Source of the DNA: Pristiophorus japonicus
Lineage: Eukaryota
Reading direction: 5' to 3'
Length of the DNA stretch: 64,000 nt
NCBI RefSeq assembly: GCF_044704955.1
Contig: NC_091978.1
Location: 146,196,001-146,260,000 of the forward strand
In this document: positions 35,630 to 49,270 of the stretch, one piece after another
Position numbering within the stretch: position 1 is the stretch's first letter
Layout: each line of letters opens with the position of its first letter
Translations under genes and position numbers: made by a program
Notes under the pieces: generated by a model
What the model saw: the letters and a program-made list of their open reading frames with translations, nothing else
Database searches by the model: none
What the model was told of the DNA's origin: nothing

Positions 35630-36628
35630 GGGGAAGTGAAAAAGAACATAAATGGGGCAAAAAGGGAGTATGAGATTAGATTGGCAGACAACACAAAAGT
35701 CTTCTATAGACATATACATAGTAAACAAGTAATAAGAGGAGGGGTGGGGCCAGTTAGGGACCAAACAGGAGCCCTATGTTGGAGGCAGAGGGTATGACTG
35801 AGAAAATAAATGAGCACTTTGCATCTGTCTTTACCAAGGAAGAAGATGCTGCCAAAGTCACAGTAAATGATGAGTTAGTGGAGATACTGGATGGGATAAA
35901 AATTAATAAAGAGGCAGTACTAGAAAGGCTAGCTGTACTTAAAGTAGGTAAGTCACCAGGACCGATGGGATGCATCCTAGATGCTGAGGGGAGTTAAGGT
36001 GGAAATCGCGGAGGTACTGGCCATAATCCTCCTTAGATACAGGAGTTGCGCCAGAGGACTGAAGAACTGCAAATGTTATATCCTTGTTCAAAAAGGGTGT
36101 AAGGATAAACTCAGCAACTACAGGCCAGTCAGTTTAATCTTGGTAGTGGGGCAGCTTTTAGAAATGATAATCAGGGACAAAATTAATAATAACTTGGACA
36201 AGTGTGGAATATTTAAGGAAAGCCAGCTCGGATTTGTTAAAGGCAAATCGTGTTTAACTAACTTGATTGAGTCTTTTGATGAGTGACGTTGTGTATATGG
36301 ATTTCCAAAAGGTGTTTGATAAAGTGCTACATAATAGGCATGCCAGCAAAGTTGAAGCCCATGGAATAAAATGGGCAGTGGCAGCATGGATATGAAATTG
36401 GTTAAGTGACAGGAGACACATTAGTGGTGAACAGTTGTTTTTCGGACTGGGGTAAGGTATACAGTGCAGTTCCACAGAGGTCGGTACTGGAACCACTGCT
36501 TTTCTTGACATATATTAATGACTTGGACTTGGGTGTACAGGGCATAATTTCAAAATTTGCAGATGACACAAAACTTGGAAGAATAGGGAATAGTGAGGAG
36601 GATAGGGATAGACTTCAAGAAGACATAA
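35630..36628 (+). mobile_element. Older CR1 ORF2 internal fragment
   Basis: ORFs 35776 (NEHFASVFTKE, KSPGP), 35981 (SNYRPVSL) and 36406 (VPQRSVLEP, SKFADDTKL). Confidence 0.9.
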
Positions 36629-36803
36629 AAACATAAGAACATAAGAAATAGGAGCAGGAGAAGGCCATATGGCCCCTCGAGCCTGCTCTGCCATTTAATA
36701 CGATCATGGCTGATCTGATCATGGACTCAGCTCCACTTTCCCGCCGGCTCCCCATAACCCCTTATCCTCCTATCATTTAAGAAACTCTCTATTTCTCTTA
36801 AAT
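36629..36803 (-). mobile_element. CR1-C 3' UTR fragment
   Basis: acataagaacataagaaataggagcagg...ctcagctccac. Confidence 0.85.
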
Positions 36804-36804
36804 A

Positions 36805-37210
36805 GGCAGAGTCAACAGAATCAGTCGGTCTAATGATCATCACCATCCATTGTTCTAGTATCAACCTACTCAGAGTGAACTGAAATTGAGACACGGCTTC
36901 TTACACTCTGTCAATCCCCTCGACTCCAGAGAGAAACAGTGGAGAATTAATGCCTGCAGAACATGTCCACAGATCGCATCATCTGGATATTGAACCCAAT
37001 GAACATCTCCGAGTTGGAGCCTCTGAACCGTGGCCAATCTGGCAATGCTTCAATCACTTATGCACCGATACTGGGCGTTCAAAAGTAATGATGGGGCATG
37101 GGGTTACAATGACAGTAACTCAGTGATGTATGACTGTGGTGATGCATTACAAACTATGGGCCATCTACACCTTTGTCAACTTCTGTCTGAGTCCTTGCCA
37201 AATGCAATGA
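36805..37210 (+). mobile_element. Decayed RTEX-like LINE ORF2 C-terminus
   Basis: Manual translation across one frameshift: PWPIWQCFNHLCTDTGRSKVMM/AWGYNDSNSVMYDCGDALQTMGHLHLC, resembling W..LNRLRTG.GR...WG....C.CG..QTM.H...C. Confidence 0.6.
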
Positions 37211-37456
37211 TAATGCATGTGTAACCTTGTGGTATGGAAGAGTTTGAAGATACAACACAACAACATAACATATAATAGAACTGGTTTAGTGAGGAAACTG
37301 AGCAGAGAGAGGAGTCTGAGACTGAGGGAATACGGTAATAAATAAAATAGTAACAGATGCTGAATGTATACAGCAACAATGGAGATATTTAATGTGAGTA
37401 ACATCATAAAATATTTGACGCAATTTTTAAATATAGATGAAGTTAAGAAAGATTGT

Positions 37457-38091
37457 GGGCTGAAAATTCCGGCCTCGCCAGGTTTGTACGGACTGCGCAT
37501 GGACCCGGCGAGGCCTCGAAAAAGCCGGTTTTCGGGTCATGGTGTGCATGCACCGAAAACCGGCTTTTCCGATCTCTCAAGATTTCTCTTGGCAGATCCT
37601 TCGGGAAAAGGACATCCGCGTGGGAGAGATTGGGCTATTTGCCCAACTCATACCCAACGAATCTCCTCCAAATTTTTACGCCTGGTAAAAGCAGGCACAT
37701 TGCTTAATTTTTACCAGTGTAAGAGTTTTAAAACATATAAAAATTAAATTTAACCACTCCTTTTTATATTAAAAACCCTGTCCATTAAGGTAAGTTTATT
37801 TTTAACACTATTAAAATACATTTAAAAAATTCAAAAAAAAAAAAAATTCTAAAATGTTTAATTATATTTAATTTCAATTACTTTTAAATATGTGAGGTGT
37901 TTTATTTATGTATTATGTTGCGTTTTGATGTTTTAGGAGTTTTCTCATTGATAGTAATGGGAATCCGTACAAACAGAGCTCCCATTTTTTTCAATGAGAA
38001 TACTGCATAGTGATTGGTGGTCCAGGCCCATGTGACTCCAGGGGTTGGAGGCGTACAAACGAAGGAAGCCTGTGACCGCAACTTTGCCCCC
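37457..38091. mobile_element. MITE with GC-rich arms and AT-rich core
   Basis: Ends gggctgaaaattcc / gcaactttgccccc; inverted homolog of 38935-39637. Confidence 0.75.
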
Positions 38092-38306
38092 AATGTAACT
38101 GCATATGAATACCAAACAATTCAAAAAGTAAAACATGCAATTAGGGCTGAAAATTGTAATCTTGATAGGGCTTTGGGGTCTCTGAAGTGGGGCCACTGTG
38201 AAACAACAGAGGGAGAACTTTACAAAACATGTTGAGGGAACTTAGAATGAAGTTGGGAGGGACACAGGTCCCAGTTCCACTCACAGAGCTCACGTTGTAG
38301 AGTATG

Positions 38307-38707
38307 AAAGAAAGATCTTTATCAAGTCTTTAAAACCACAGGATGTCCTAAAGAATTTTACAGCCAATGAATTACTTTTTGTTGTTAAGTATGCAAACAC
38401 AGCGGCTAATTTGTAACACAATGACATAAATGACCAATTGATCTGTATTGGTGTTATCGTGGAGGAATAATTGCTGGCTGGAGCACATAGAGAACTTCCT
38501 TGATCTTCTTCATAAAATGCTAGGGAATCTTTGACATCCACATGAGCTGACCAACAGGCCTCAATTTAGCATTTAATCCAAAAGTTGGCCTCAACACTGC
38601 GCTGAAGTGTAAGTTTAAATGATGTGCTTTATTCCTGCAGCACCGCTTAAACCTTCTGATCTTCTGACTCAGAGGCAAGAACACTACCACTTAGCCATGA
38701 CTGACAC
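38307..38707 (-). mobile_element. Decayed DeuSINE-like SINE
   Basis: ttacagccaatgaattactttt...cttctgactcagaggc...; colinear with 5327-5771. Confidence 0.65.
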
Positions 38708-38867
38708 TTAAACTAACATTACTGGCAATGCATATTTGCACAGCATAGTACCAACAAAATTCCAAAATCATGACACATGTTAATCCTTTGAGCTGAAATG
38801 CTGAGCAGATTTGTTGTTCTCTGTCTCTCACTTTACAATGTAAAGTCTCACTTATCTGTCTTTGCAG

Positions 38868-39965
38868 TCTGAGGTGACCTGATAGAGGTCTTTAAAATTA
38901 TGGATGGGTTGGACAGGGTAGATATGGAGAGAATGGCTGGAAATTGCAGTCAGAGGCTTGCCGTCCACCTACGAACCACAAGAAAACTCCGTACTTACCT
39001 GCTGTCTCCAGAGCCTCAGACTCTTGCAGTTCTGGGCCTCCAGGCATACGCCTGCATAAAGCGCCCATGCATCCCAGGGGTACATGCGGTTCGTAAGCGT
39101 CCCTGGGATCACGTGGGCTGACCCAACAAATCACAAAGGGGGATTCTTATTCTGCTTATGGGGTTTCCATTTACGTACAGAATCCCCAAAAGCATAGCAT
39201 AAAATCACCTAATAAATACAATTTCACAACACTGAAATAAAAATAAATACACAGGTTCAAAATTAATTAAAATACCCTTTAATTAAATGTTTAAAATAAA
39301 AATCTAATCTTTTGAAAAATAAATTTAAACATTTTTAAATGGGACAAAAATAACCAAACCTAATTTTAAATGTAAGTGAATGTGAAAATTAAAAAAAAAA
39401 TTTAAACATTTATTTTAAGCCTTGCGCAGGTGTGAGGGTTTGGTGGGTATTCACTGGGCAGTAGTTGGACAAATAGCTCAAATCTGCACCAGCAAAAGTG
39501 AATTTGTAACAGATGGGTACGATCTGTCAAGGAGAAATTTGACAGATTGCAAGTTCCGGGTTTTTGCACATCCGCATTGCATGCGGAAACCCGGAACTTG
39601 CGGCGTACGCCATGGTAGGCCCTGTAAAATCCAGGCCAATGTTTACACTTGTGGGAGAATCCAAAACTAGGGTCCATAAATACATGATGGATTTATTAAT
39701 AAATCCAATAGGGAAATGCTGAGCAATAAGGAGTTGTTAGAATGTGGCACTTATCACAGGCGTGGTTGAGGCAAATGGCTTAGATGCTTTCAACAGAAAA
39801 CTAGATGAGTACATGAGAGAAAAGGGAATAGAATGATATGCTGAAAGGCTAAGGTGAGGTAGATGGAATGGGAGGAGACTCGTTTGGAATATAAACACCA
39901 TCATAGACTAGTTGGGCCGAACGGCCTGTTTCTGTGCTGTATATTCCATGTAATTCTATGTAATA
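38868..39965 (+). mobile_element. CR1-B-like 3' fragment split by a MITE
   Basis: ctgaggtgacctgatagaggtc...gagagaat | gtttacacttgtgggag...gttgggccgaacggcctgtttctgtgctgta. Confidence 0.85.
38935..39637. mobile_element. Harbinger-type MITE with AAT TSD
   Basis: TIR ggctggaaattgcag / ctgtaaaatccaggcc; AAT duplicated; removing it restores CR1 gagagaatgttt. Confidence 0.88.
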
Positions 39966-40215
39966 TTCCAAAAAGTGGACCTGTATTTTTTAGGAGTGGT
40001 TCCTGAGAAAATATTTAAGGAATATAGTTATGCTTTACACAATTATGAGCTATAAGTATAGAGATATTGATTAAATGTTACATAGAATGAGTTGTTATAG
40101 TTTCGTAATCGGGACAACTTTTTCTCACTAAAATTTCAACAAGAGAACAAGAGGAATTTCACCCCATAAATTACAGAAACTAGACAACAGAAGATTAGTC
40201 GCTGAATTCCCAGCA

Positions 40216-41103
40216 GCTATGAGGCTGCAGAGTGACTTGGATAGGTTAGGTGAGTGGGCAAATCATGGCAGATGAAGTATAATGTGGATAAATGTGAGGA
40301 TATCCACTTTGGTGGTAAAAACAGAGAGACAGACTATTATCTGAATGGTGACAGATTAGGAAAAAGGGAGGTGCAATGAGACCTGGGTGTCATGGTACAT
40401 CAGTCATTGAAGGTTGGCATGCAGGTACAGCAGGCGGTTAAGAAAGCAAATGGCATGTTGGCCTTCATAGCAAGGGGATTTGAGTACAGGGGCAGGGAGG
40501 TGTTACTACAGTTGTACAGGGCCTTGGTGAGGCCACACTTGAGAGTATTGTGTACAGTTTTGGTCTCCTAACTTGAGGAAGGACATTCTTGCTATTGAGG
40601 GAGTGCAGCGAAGGTTCACCAGACTGATTCCCGGGATGGCGGGACTGACATATCAAGAAAGACTGGATCAACTGGGCTTGTATTTACTGGAGTTCAGAAG
40701 AATGAGAGGGGCTCTCATAGAAACGTTTAAAATTCTGATGGGTTTAGACAGGTTAGATGCAGGAAGAATGTTCCCAATGTTGGGGAAGTCCAGAACCAGG
40801 GGTCACAGTCGAAGGATAAGGGGTAAGCCATTTAGGACCGAGATGAGGAGAAACTTCTTCACCCAGAGAGTGGTGAACCTGTGGAATTCTCTCCCACAGA
40901 AAGTTGTTGAGGCCAATTCACTAAATATATTCAAAAAGGAATTAGATGTAGTCCTTACTACTAGGGGATCAAGGAGTATGGCGAGAAAGCGGGAATGGGG
41001 TACTGAAGTTGCATGTTCAGCCATGAACTCATTGAATGGTGGTGCAGGCTCGAAGGGCCGAATGGCCTACTCCTGCACCTATTTTCTATGTTTCTATGTT
41101 TCT
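40216..41103 (+). mobile_element. CR1-A 5'-truncated copy
   Basis: ORF 40573-41133; near-identical to 60901-61785; (ttctatgt)n tail. Confidence 0.95.
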
Positions 41104-43223
41104 TTGGATAATATTTTACAAATTGGACCATAATCGTGAAGTCGTGAGGTATTGATTCATCTTCCGTATCCTAGTTGTAATCGTTCCAGTGTCAGTTCTC
41201 TTTGTAGTTTATTTTTAGTCTTTGGGGAACTCTTTGATCAGTATTTTCCTTTGTAAGCCTAGATCTTGTCATGTTGCTAATTGGTGTTCCTACATTCTTT
41301 GTAGTTCCTTTGAGGTATAACTATTTATATGTTTGTTGCTTTTATTGTACCTGGGATTTCCAGAGGCACATTTGTACTGATTTCCGTTTAAAATTTAGTT
41401 TACACTTCCGTTTAAAATTTTCTTCATACCAACCAAAATAAATTTTATACTGCAGCACACAATAGATCAATTATATATCAACACTTTGATACACAACATT
41501 GGCATGTAAATAATCTGATTGTTAAGATCCTTAAAACATATGTATTTGACCTCCCATAATTCAAGAATTGTCCCTGTTCTTGCTTGTGCATTTCCCACCC
41601 CATGAAGCACTCGATGACGTTTCACTATATTAGTCCAAGTTGCATTGAATTTATTGTTAGCCTGGTTTAAAAGAAGATGAAGTGGTCAGACACTGGTGGG
41701 ACACACATTTCCATCTCACTCCAAAATAATTCCTGAGCATACATTACATGACAATTCATTGTACTGCTTAATTTCAGAATTTCTTTTAAACTATAAAATT
41801 ACATTAAGGACATGCTTTAATAAAGAGCTGCAGATATATGCTTGATATTTGTAAAGGTGAAGACCACAGAAGTCATTGAGGCATTCTTTATTAGACTGAC
41901 AGGAACCTCTTCTACATACATACTATTAAATTGCAAGGAATGGAATGACTCCCACTGGAATACCAAACAAGAAGTAAAAGGAAGAGCACAAGCAGAATAC
42001 ACCTGGAAATCCCAGAATTGTGCAAAAACATTGGTTAAAAAAAATCTGTCTGTCTGTCTGTCTATCTATCTATGATTAATATTATTGCATGGGCATACAT
42101 TTCCTGTCTATAACCATTGCTTTTGTCGCAATTGTTGGCAGCATTTATAATGTTAAAGTGAGCTGCAAACATTTATATTGGCAATCTGCAATGTCAACAG
42201 TTGCCTTTCAGAATATTGTTACAGGCTCTGGCAACTAGGTGACACTTTTTTTTCTCACCGATTGCTCTAACCTGAAAATCTCATCTACTGGGCTCCGAAC
42301 CTGAGGCAGGAAATATCTTTACATGAGTGTAAGGAATAAACTTCAATTGCAGTTTTCAATTTAAAACTCAAAAAAATTTAAAATGTTGCCCTGCTCCCTT
42401 TTGCCCTCCATGCCTTTCCTGGTTCCACTCTCGAGTATCAGAGACAGATGCAAAGCCACTTTGCCCACTCCTCACTTACTTTTCCCAGTCACTCTTTGTC
42501 TCTTTAAAAAAATTAAAACATGTCTGTCCTGGTGTCATAATCCCACTGTTCCCTGGCTACAATGAGAGTTGCCCTGACATCATTTATTCTATTTCTGACC
42601 CAGATATTATTTATTCTATTTCTGACTCTGATGTTTATTCCATATAATTAAATAATATCAGAGCTGAGTAATACATTAAATAATATCAGAAACCAGGTAT
42701 TAAATAAATAATAGTTGGGCCAGGAATTGAAAAAATATATTGTTGTAAAACAACCTGTCATTTGACTCAACACAACAATGTCTTGGGATCTCCTAAATAG
42801 TATTAAACTACTTTCATATGGCATGCATTTCCTATAAGTGCCACACTTACTTCCTCTCACACTTCAGACATCAAACTTTATCCTCCAACACTGTGAGTAA
42901 TACTACAGGTGGTGAACTACACTGATACAAAGGTCAGAATCTTTACTGTGGAGCGTGCGAGCGGGCCACGTAGTGGGTCGGGAACCTGAAGACGTGACCA
43001 GTGCATTCTACAGTGTGAGTTCAACTTAATGGCCCTAATTAAAACAGACCTGCGCATTTCCCACCCCAATTAAATGGAGCAGTTCTGATGACATCATCGA
43101 TTACTTGTTTTCAGCGTGGATATTTAAAGCAGCCTTGCACACATCTCATTTAAAGGTTGCTGTAGGAGTGTTGAAGTTGATTTCCAGAGCACTAAATAGC
43201 TGAATAACAGAATTATGTGGGTC

Positions 43224-46200
43224 ATGGAGACACAAAGGCAGAAGGCAGTTGCAAGATTCCCAGATGTCTTCCTGGAAGTGCTGGTGCAGGCAGTAAGGGC
43301 ATGCATGGTGGTCCTCTTTCCTGGGGATGGAAGAAAAAGACCACCCAATGATACAAAAAGGCTGGAGATCACAGAGGAGTTCAACAGCAGGGATGTCATC
43401 AAGAGGATATGGATCCAGTGCCAGTAAAGCTTCAATAGTTTCATGAGGTCAGGAAAAGTGAGTGCAATGCCACACTTACGTACATCCTGATGTGCCTGTC
43501 ATCACATCCCCATCACCCTGCCTTCTCAAGCTTACTCCTGCACATCATTCCTCACACCAACCTACCTTGCAAGTCCACCCATCCCTATCTGTCTACTCAC
43601 ATCCCCATCTGACTAACTACCCCTTCCATTCACCCTCATTCTATTGCAATCATAAGAAGTAACACCACAAAAGGAGGCCACTTAACAATGTCACACCACT
43701 CCCTCATAGTCACCGTGTACAGATCTATCCCATCCATTCCTTACACTCATTCCATCACTCTCACTCAAAGATATCATCTTTCCCTCCTTGCAGGAGAAGG
43801 GAACACATAGCAATAGGGAGAGACAGAGAACAGAGGTGGACCTCCAGTCTTCAGCCAATTGACTCCAGCAGAGGAGGAGGAGGCCCTGGAGATCTTTGGT
43901 GTTACAAAGCTGCTGGTGGTAGGAAATGGAGAGAAGGGGTCATCACATCAACCTGGTGACAGAATTACATCTCAAACAGCCACATGGCATACAATAATCA
44001 CTCATATGATGACTGATGTCAGCAGCCAGTGAAATGTCATCATATCCATAATGGCAATGTTACGTATTCTTATTGTAACACTTCTAATTCATCTCTTTAG
44101 TCTCCCATAGGTCCATCAAGTGTACCCCACAACTGTCCAGCCACAGGAGGAAGAAGTCTCCTCAGAGGAACCTCAAACCTCTGAGGGTGCATCATCAGCA
44201 GACCTAAGCGCAACCAGCACCAGCACCAGCACAGATACTTAAGATTCCATAGGATATACAGCACAGAAACAGGCCATTTGGCCCAACCAGTCCATACCAG
44301 CGTTTATGCTCCACTTGAGCCTCCTCCTGTCTTTCCTCATCTATTCACATAACCCTCTATTCCCTTCTCCCTCATAGGCTTTTCTAGCCTCCCCTTAAAT
44401 GCATCCATAATATTCACTTCAACCACTCCCTGTGGTAGCATGTTCATACTCTCACCACTCTTTGGGTAAAGAATTTTCTTTGAATTCCCGATTGGATTTC
44501 TTGGTGACTATCTTACATTGATGGCCTCCAGTTATACTGTATCAAAACGTTTCATTGTTTTAAAGACCTCGACTGGGTCACCTTTCAGCCTTTTTTCAAG
44601 AGAAAAGAGACCCAGCCTTTTCATCCTTTCCTGATATGTATATCCTCGCATTTCTGGTATCAACCTTGTAAATCTTCTCTCCACCTTCTCCAGTGCCTCT
44701 ATCATTTTTATAATATGGCGACCAGAACTGTACGCAGTACTCTATGTGTGGTCTAACCCTGATATCCTAAAGGTTTAGCATAATTTCCCTACTTTTCAAT
44801 TCCATACCTCTAGAAATAAACCCTAGTGCTTGGTTTATTTTTTTTAATGGGCTTGCTAACCTGTGTCGCAACTTTTAGTGATTTGTGTATTTGTTCTTCG
44901 AGATCTCACCTAGACTCTCACCCTCTAAGTAATAAATGACCCCAAAATGTAATATCTCACATTTATCTGTGTTGAACTTCATTTGCCAATTATTTGTGCA
45001 TTCTGCAAGTTTATTAATGTCCTTTTATAATTTGTTGCAGTATTCCTCAGTATAGACTATCGCCCCCAATTTGATGTCATCCACAAATTTAGAAATTGTG
45101 TTTTTGATTCCAAAGTCTAAATCGTTAATATAAATTATGAATAACAGTGGTCCCAGCACTGATCCTTGTGGAGTATCACTACCTTCTGCTACTGTGAGTA
45201 GCTACCTTTTACCCCCACTCTCTGCTTTCTGTCTTAAAACCAGCTAGCTATCCATTATCGAAGGCCTTTTGAAAATCTAGATAAATTACATCTACTGCAT
45301 TACCATTGTCTACTCTCTCTGTTACCTCCTCAAAAAATTCAATGAGGTTAATCAAGCCAGTCTTTCACTTTCGAAATCCATGCTAACTATTTGTTATTAT
45401 ACTTTTGGTTTCTTGATGTTCTTCTATTTTCTCCTTTAGTAGGGATTTCATTATTTTTCCTACCACCGATGTTAAGCTGACTGGTCTATAATTCACTGAA
45501 CATATTCTATCCCCTTTCTTAAATATAAGTTTTATGTTAGCTACCTTTCCTCTGGATATCAGTCCTCTGGCACTACACTTTTTTCAAATGAATTATTAAA
45601 TATGTGTATTAATGCCTCTGCTATCTCTTCCCTAGATTATTTTAAAATGCATGGATGCAATCCATCCAGACCAGGGGTTTTATCCTCATTGAGTTTTGTT
45701 AATTTATTTAATATATCCCCTCTTTTTATTTTAAATGTACTTATCTCATTACTAATCTCATCATCCAATGGCATGTCCACCTATTCTATCTCCCTGGTAA
45801 ATACTGAAGCAAAATAATTATTACTATTTCTGCCATCTCTCTATCGTTACCTGTGGTATTATCCTGTCTATCCCTTAATGGCCATATTCTCATCCCAACC
45901 TATCTTTTTTTATTGATGTGCCTGTACAATATTTTGCTATTTTGTTTTATGTTCCTTGATAATTTAATTTTATAGTTGCTCTTTGCCTTCCTAATTGTTT
46001 TTTTGATTTATCTCCTAAACTTTTCATATTCTCCTTATCATGCACTCCCCTGCTGTCTATATACTTAATGTTTACCTCTTTCATTACCCTCAATTGTTCT
46101 CTTATGTCTTCATTCATCCATGGAGTCTCATTAGTGTTTAGTTTGTTCGTTCCTTTTCGCAGAATATATTGTTCCTGCACTCTGTTGAACACAGTTTTAA

Positions 46201-47763
46201 ATGTTTCCCATTGCTGCTTTGCATCGTTTTATGCCAATATTGTTGCCCATTTTATTTTCCCAAGTTCTATTCTCAGCCCTTCAAAATTAGCTTTGCTCCA
46301 ATCTATTATCCTGGTTTTCATCATACTTATGTCCTTCACAATTATCATCTTAAACATTTTATATTATGGTCACTATTGCCTAGCTCTTCCCCTACTTTTA
46401 CTTTTCTTATCTGCTCTGGCTCATTCCCCATTATTAGATCCAATAGCGAATCCTCCCTTGTTGGGCTTTTTATATATTGGTTTCGAAAGGAGTCCTGTAC
46501 ACATTGTAGGAACTCCATTCCCTTATCCCCTTTACCTATCTTTCTGTCCAATTAATATCAGGGTAATTGAAGTCCCCCATGATTATTATTCTAGGTTTAT
46601 TACTCATTTCCCTAATTTGTCTGCACATTTCTCCCTCCATCTCCCTTCCACGATTAGGTGGTCTGTAGCGTCACTTTTTTCCACTGCCATTATGTTATCC
46701 TAATAAATACAGCTACTCCACATCACCTTTTTCCCTCTCTATCTTTTCTAAATGTGTTATACCCTGCAATGTTTAATTCCCAGTCCTGATTTTTGTTTAG
46801 CCATGTCTGAGTAATCCCTACTATGTCTGGTTCCTTGCAATTCATGATTGCCTCCAGCTAACCTGCTTTATTACAGACACTGCTGTACAGAGAGTTTAAT
46901 TCATTTTTAATAGGATTTCCTCTCACTTTATGTTTAACCATGTTTACCCATCTTTTTACGCATACCTTGGTGTGTCACCTGGTGTCTCTCACATACAAGC
47001 GAACAAGTGCAGATGGTATTGACAGGGACAGCAGTGGAGACTCCTTGCCAGAGGGCACAGGATGCTCTACTTTCTGCTGAGCTGCATGCAGATGCTGAAG
47101 CTCGGGGGCCATCAGGAAAGAGAGTGATCTTGGAGGAGCAGCAACAATGACATGAAGCTTTGGCAGCTTTTGCAGCCGTGATGTGTGCAAATGTACAGAG
47201 GATGGAGGTGTCCATCTCCAACATGAGTACACCATCTCGCAGACGATGGCAACAATGTAATATTCCATGGAAAGGATGGCCACCTGCAGCAAAAGTGCCA
47301 GTCACACAAGAATATGCTTGCTATGAACAACAAATGACAGATGCTCATAGACCTCACCTCAAGGAGGCATATAAACTCAGATTTGGGCATTCATCGCCCC
47401 ACTGCTGTGCAGCAAGGTTCCTCCAGCTCCTTGCTAGTAGGGAAGTGCAGGTGGCCCATGAGAGTGATGTTGGTGAGGGGGGGGGGGGGACATGGAAGTA
47501 GGGGCTCTTCCCAAACCTTGCAAACTTCTCCATTGGCTCCCCCTTAGTCAGAGCCCCAGATGCTTCCTCAGATCCTGATGGCCGAGTCTGCCCCTGCACA
47601 GTTGCAGGAGGAGCAGCCTTTGGCTCCAAAACCCAGAGGACATCCATCAAAAGTGTCTATGCAGTCGCAGCAGGGAAGTGAGCAGCATGCCTCTACATCT
47701 GCTGAAACCACAGCGGTTGCACCTCATAGAAACATGCGGAAAATAAAAAAGACACAATCCTAG
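43224..47763 (+). pseudogene. Harbinger Myb/SANT (MSANTD-like) DNA-binding protein gene, spliced, inactivated
   Basis: Exon 1 43224-43457 RFPDVFLEVLVQAV...RDVIKRIWIQCQ*SFN then GTGAGT; exon 2 43794-43955 after tttccctccttgcAG (EKGTHSNRERQRT/GGPP..LTPAEEEEALEI); exon 3 from 44111 after tctcccatAG, broken by CR1; 3' end uncertain. Confidence 0.75.
44240..46935 (-). mobile_element. CR1-B, nearly whole decayed ORF2, nested in the Harbinger element
   Basis: Endonuclease remnants (PTREDSLLDLIMGNE, LGNSDHN), TPWMNEDI, RT motifs; 3' end at 44240 matches 23179. Confidence 0.92.
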
Positions 47764-48354
47764 ATGCAGAAGGGTATGCACATGGATGTATGAAAAAATG
47801 TTAGTGATAAGTTTTACTTATATTTATGATAAACATCTTGTCCATTTTTGCCTGCTACCTGGGAAGTGGCCTTGTCACTTGGAGTGAATGGTGAGACATT
47901 ACTTAACCTCAATGTAGTGGTTGGTGGTTGGGGGACTTAGTACAGTATGTGGCAGCCACATCTCCCCCATTGCCTCCCCCTCAGTCAGAGCTCCAGATGC
48001 CTCCTTGGATCCCGTTGGCCGAGTCTGCCCCTATACAGTCGCAGGAGGAGCAGTCTTTAGCAGGGCCTTCCGAAACCCAGAGGATGTCCACCAAAAGTGT
48101 CCAACCAGTCGCAACAGTGAAGTGAGCAGCCTGCCTGTACCTCCGCTGAAGCCACAGGGGTTGCATCTGGTAAAGGCACTTGGAAGAGAAAAAAGACATA
48201 ATCCTAGATGCACAAGGGTATGCACATGGATGTATGAAAAAATGTTAGTGATAAGTTTTACTTATATTTATGACACACATCTTGTCCATTTTTGCCTGCT
48301 ACCTGGGAAGTGGCCTTGTCACTTGGATTAAATGGTGAGATATAACTTAACCTC
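47528..48354 (+). repeat. ~390-bp direct duplication (47528-47911 and 47962-48354)
   Basis: Both copies run ctcccattg..agtcagagc..cagatgc...tcctagatgca...acttaacctc. Confidence 0.9.
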
Positions 48355-48712
48355 GAGCTATGGGATTTTGGGTGAGAGGAATGGCTTGGTCATTGTAGGG
48401 CTGCTTCATGGTGTTGTTGATGGTGGGTGGTGGTGGGGTGGGGGTGTTAGTACAGCATGTGCCAACCATATGGGTGCATTGGAGAAAGTTCAGTAAATCT
48501 GGCCATTATGAGGCCATCCCAGGCCTCCCAGGCAGCAATGTGCACCGCTGATGGTGTTGTCTCCACCTCAGGTCCCTCCTCCTCCTCCTCCTCCTCCTCC
48601 TCTGAAGCGCACTGTGCCTTGCTCTTCCTGTAGCTCACATCCTTGCTGCTGTGCAATGTTGTGCAGTGCGCAGCAAAAACTATGTTTCTGGAGACCCTGG
48701 CTAAATGAGTAC

Positions 48713-48959
48713 ATAAGAACATAAGAACATAAGAATTAGGAACAGGAATAGGCCATCTAGCCCCTCGAGCCTGCGCTGCCATTCAACAAGACCATGGCTG
48801 ATCTGGCTGTGGACTCAGCTCCACTTACCCGCCCGCTCCCCGTAAGCCTTAATTCCCTTATTGGTTAAAAATCTATCTATCTGTGATTTGAATACATTCA
48901 ATAAGCTAGCCTCAACTGCTTCCTTGGGCAGAGAATTCCACAGATTCACAACCCTCTGG
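48713..48959 (-). mobile_element. CR1-C 3' fragment in the transposase, with 6-bp TSD
   Basis: (acataaga)n antisense tail; GAGTAC at 48707-48712 and 48960-48965. Confidence 0.88.
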
Positions 48960-49114
48960 GAGTACTGAAGGGCTCCTCCAGATCTGTCAAGGCATCTGAA
49001 GCGCATCTTCAGCATGACTATTGCTTCCTCTATGACACATTTGGTGGACATGTGGCTGTCATTTTAACGCTCTTCGGTCTCAGTTCTTGGCCTCTTCAAG
49101 GGAATCTGGTGCAC

Positions 49115-49270
49115 ACATAAGAACATAAGAACATAAGAAATAGGAGCAGGAGTAGACCATTCAGCCCTTCAAGCCTGCCCTGCTATTCAATAAGATTATC
49201 TACCTCAACTCCATTTTCCTGCACTACCCCATATCCCTTGGTTCCCTTAATAGTTAAAAATCTATCTGTC
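49115..49270 (-). mobile_element. CR1 3' UTR fragment in the transposase
   Basis: acataagaacataagaacataagaaataggagcagg; splits transposase NIMQ / VCTRFP. Confidence 0.85.

Noticed and set aside
41842-42075. Short unique-sequence ORFs (also 8407-8769, 27462-27759, 50664-51137)
   Set aside because: No recognisable domain or convincing splice context; lengths are within chance expectation.
46068-46703. 211-aa hydrophobic ORF resembling a membrane protein
   Set aside because: Antisense frame of the purine-rich CR1 ORF2; the same applies to 58149-58661 and 59006-59560.
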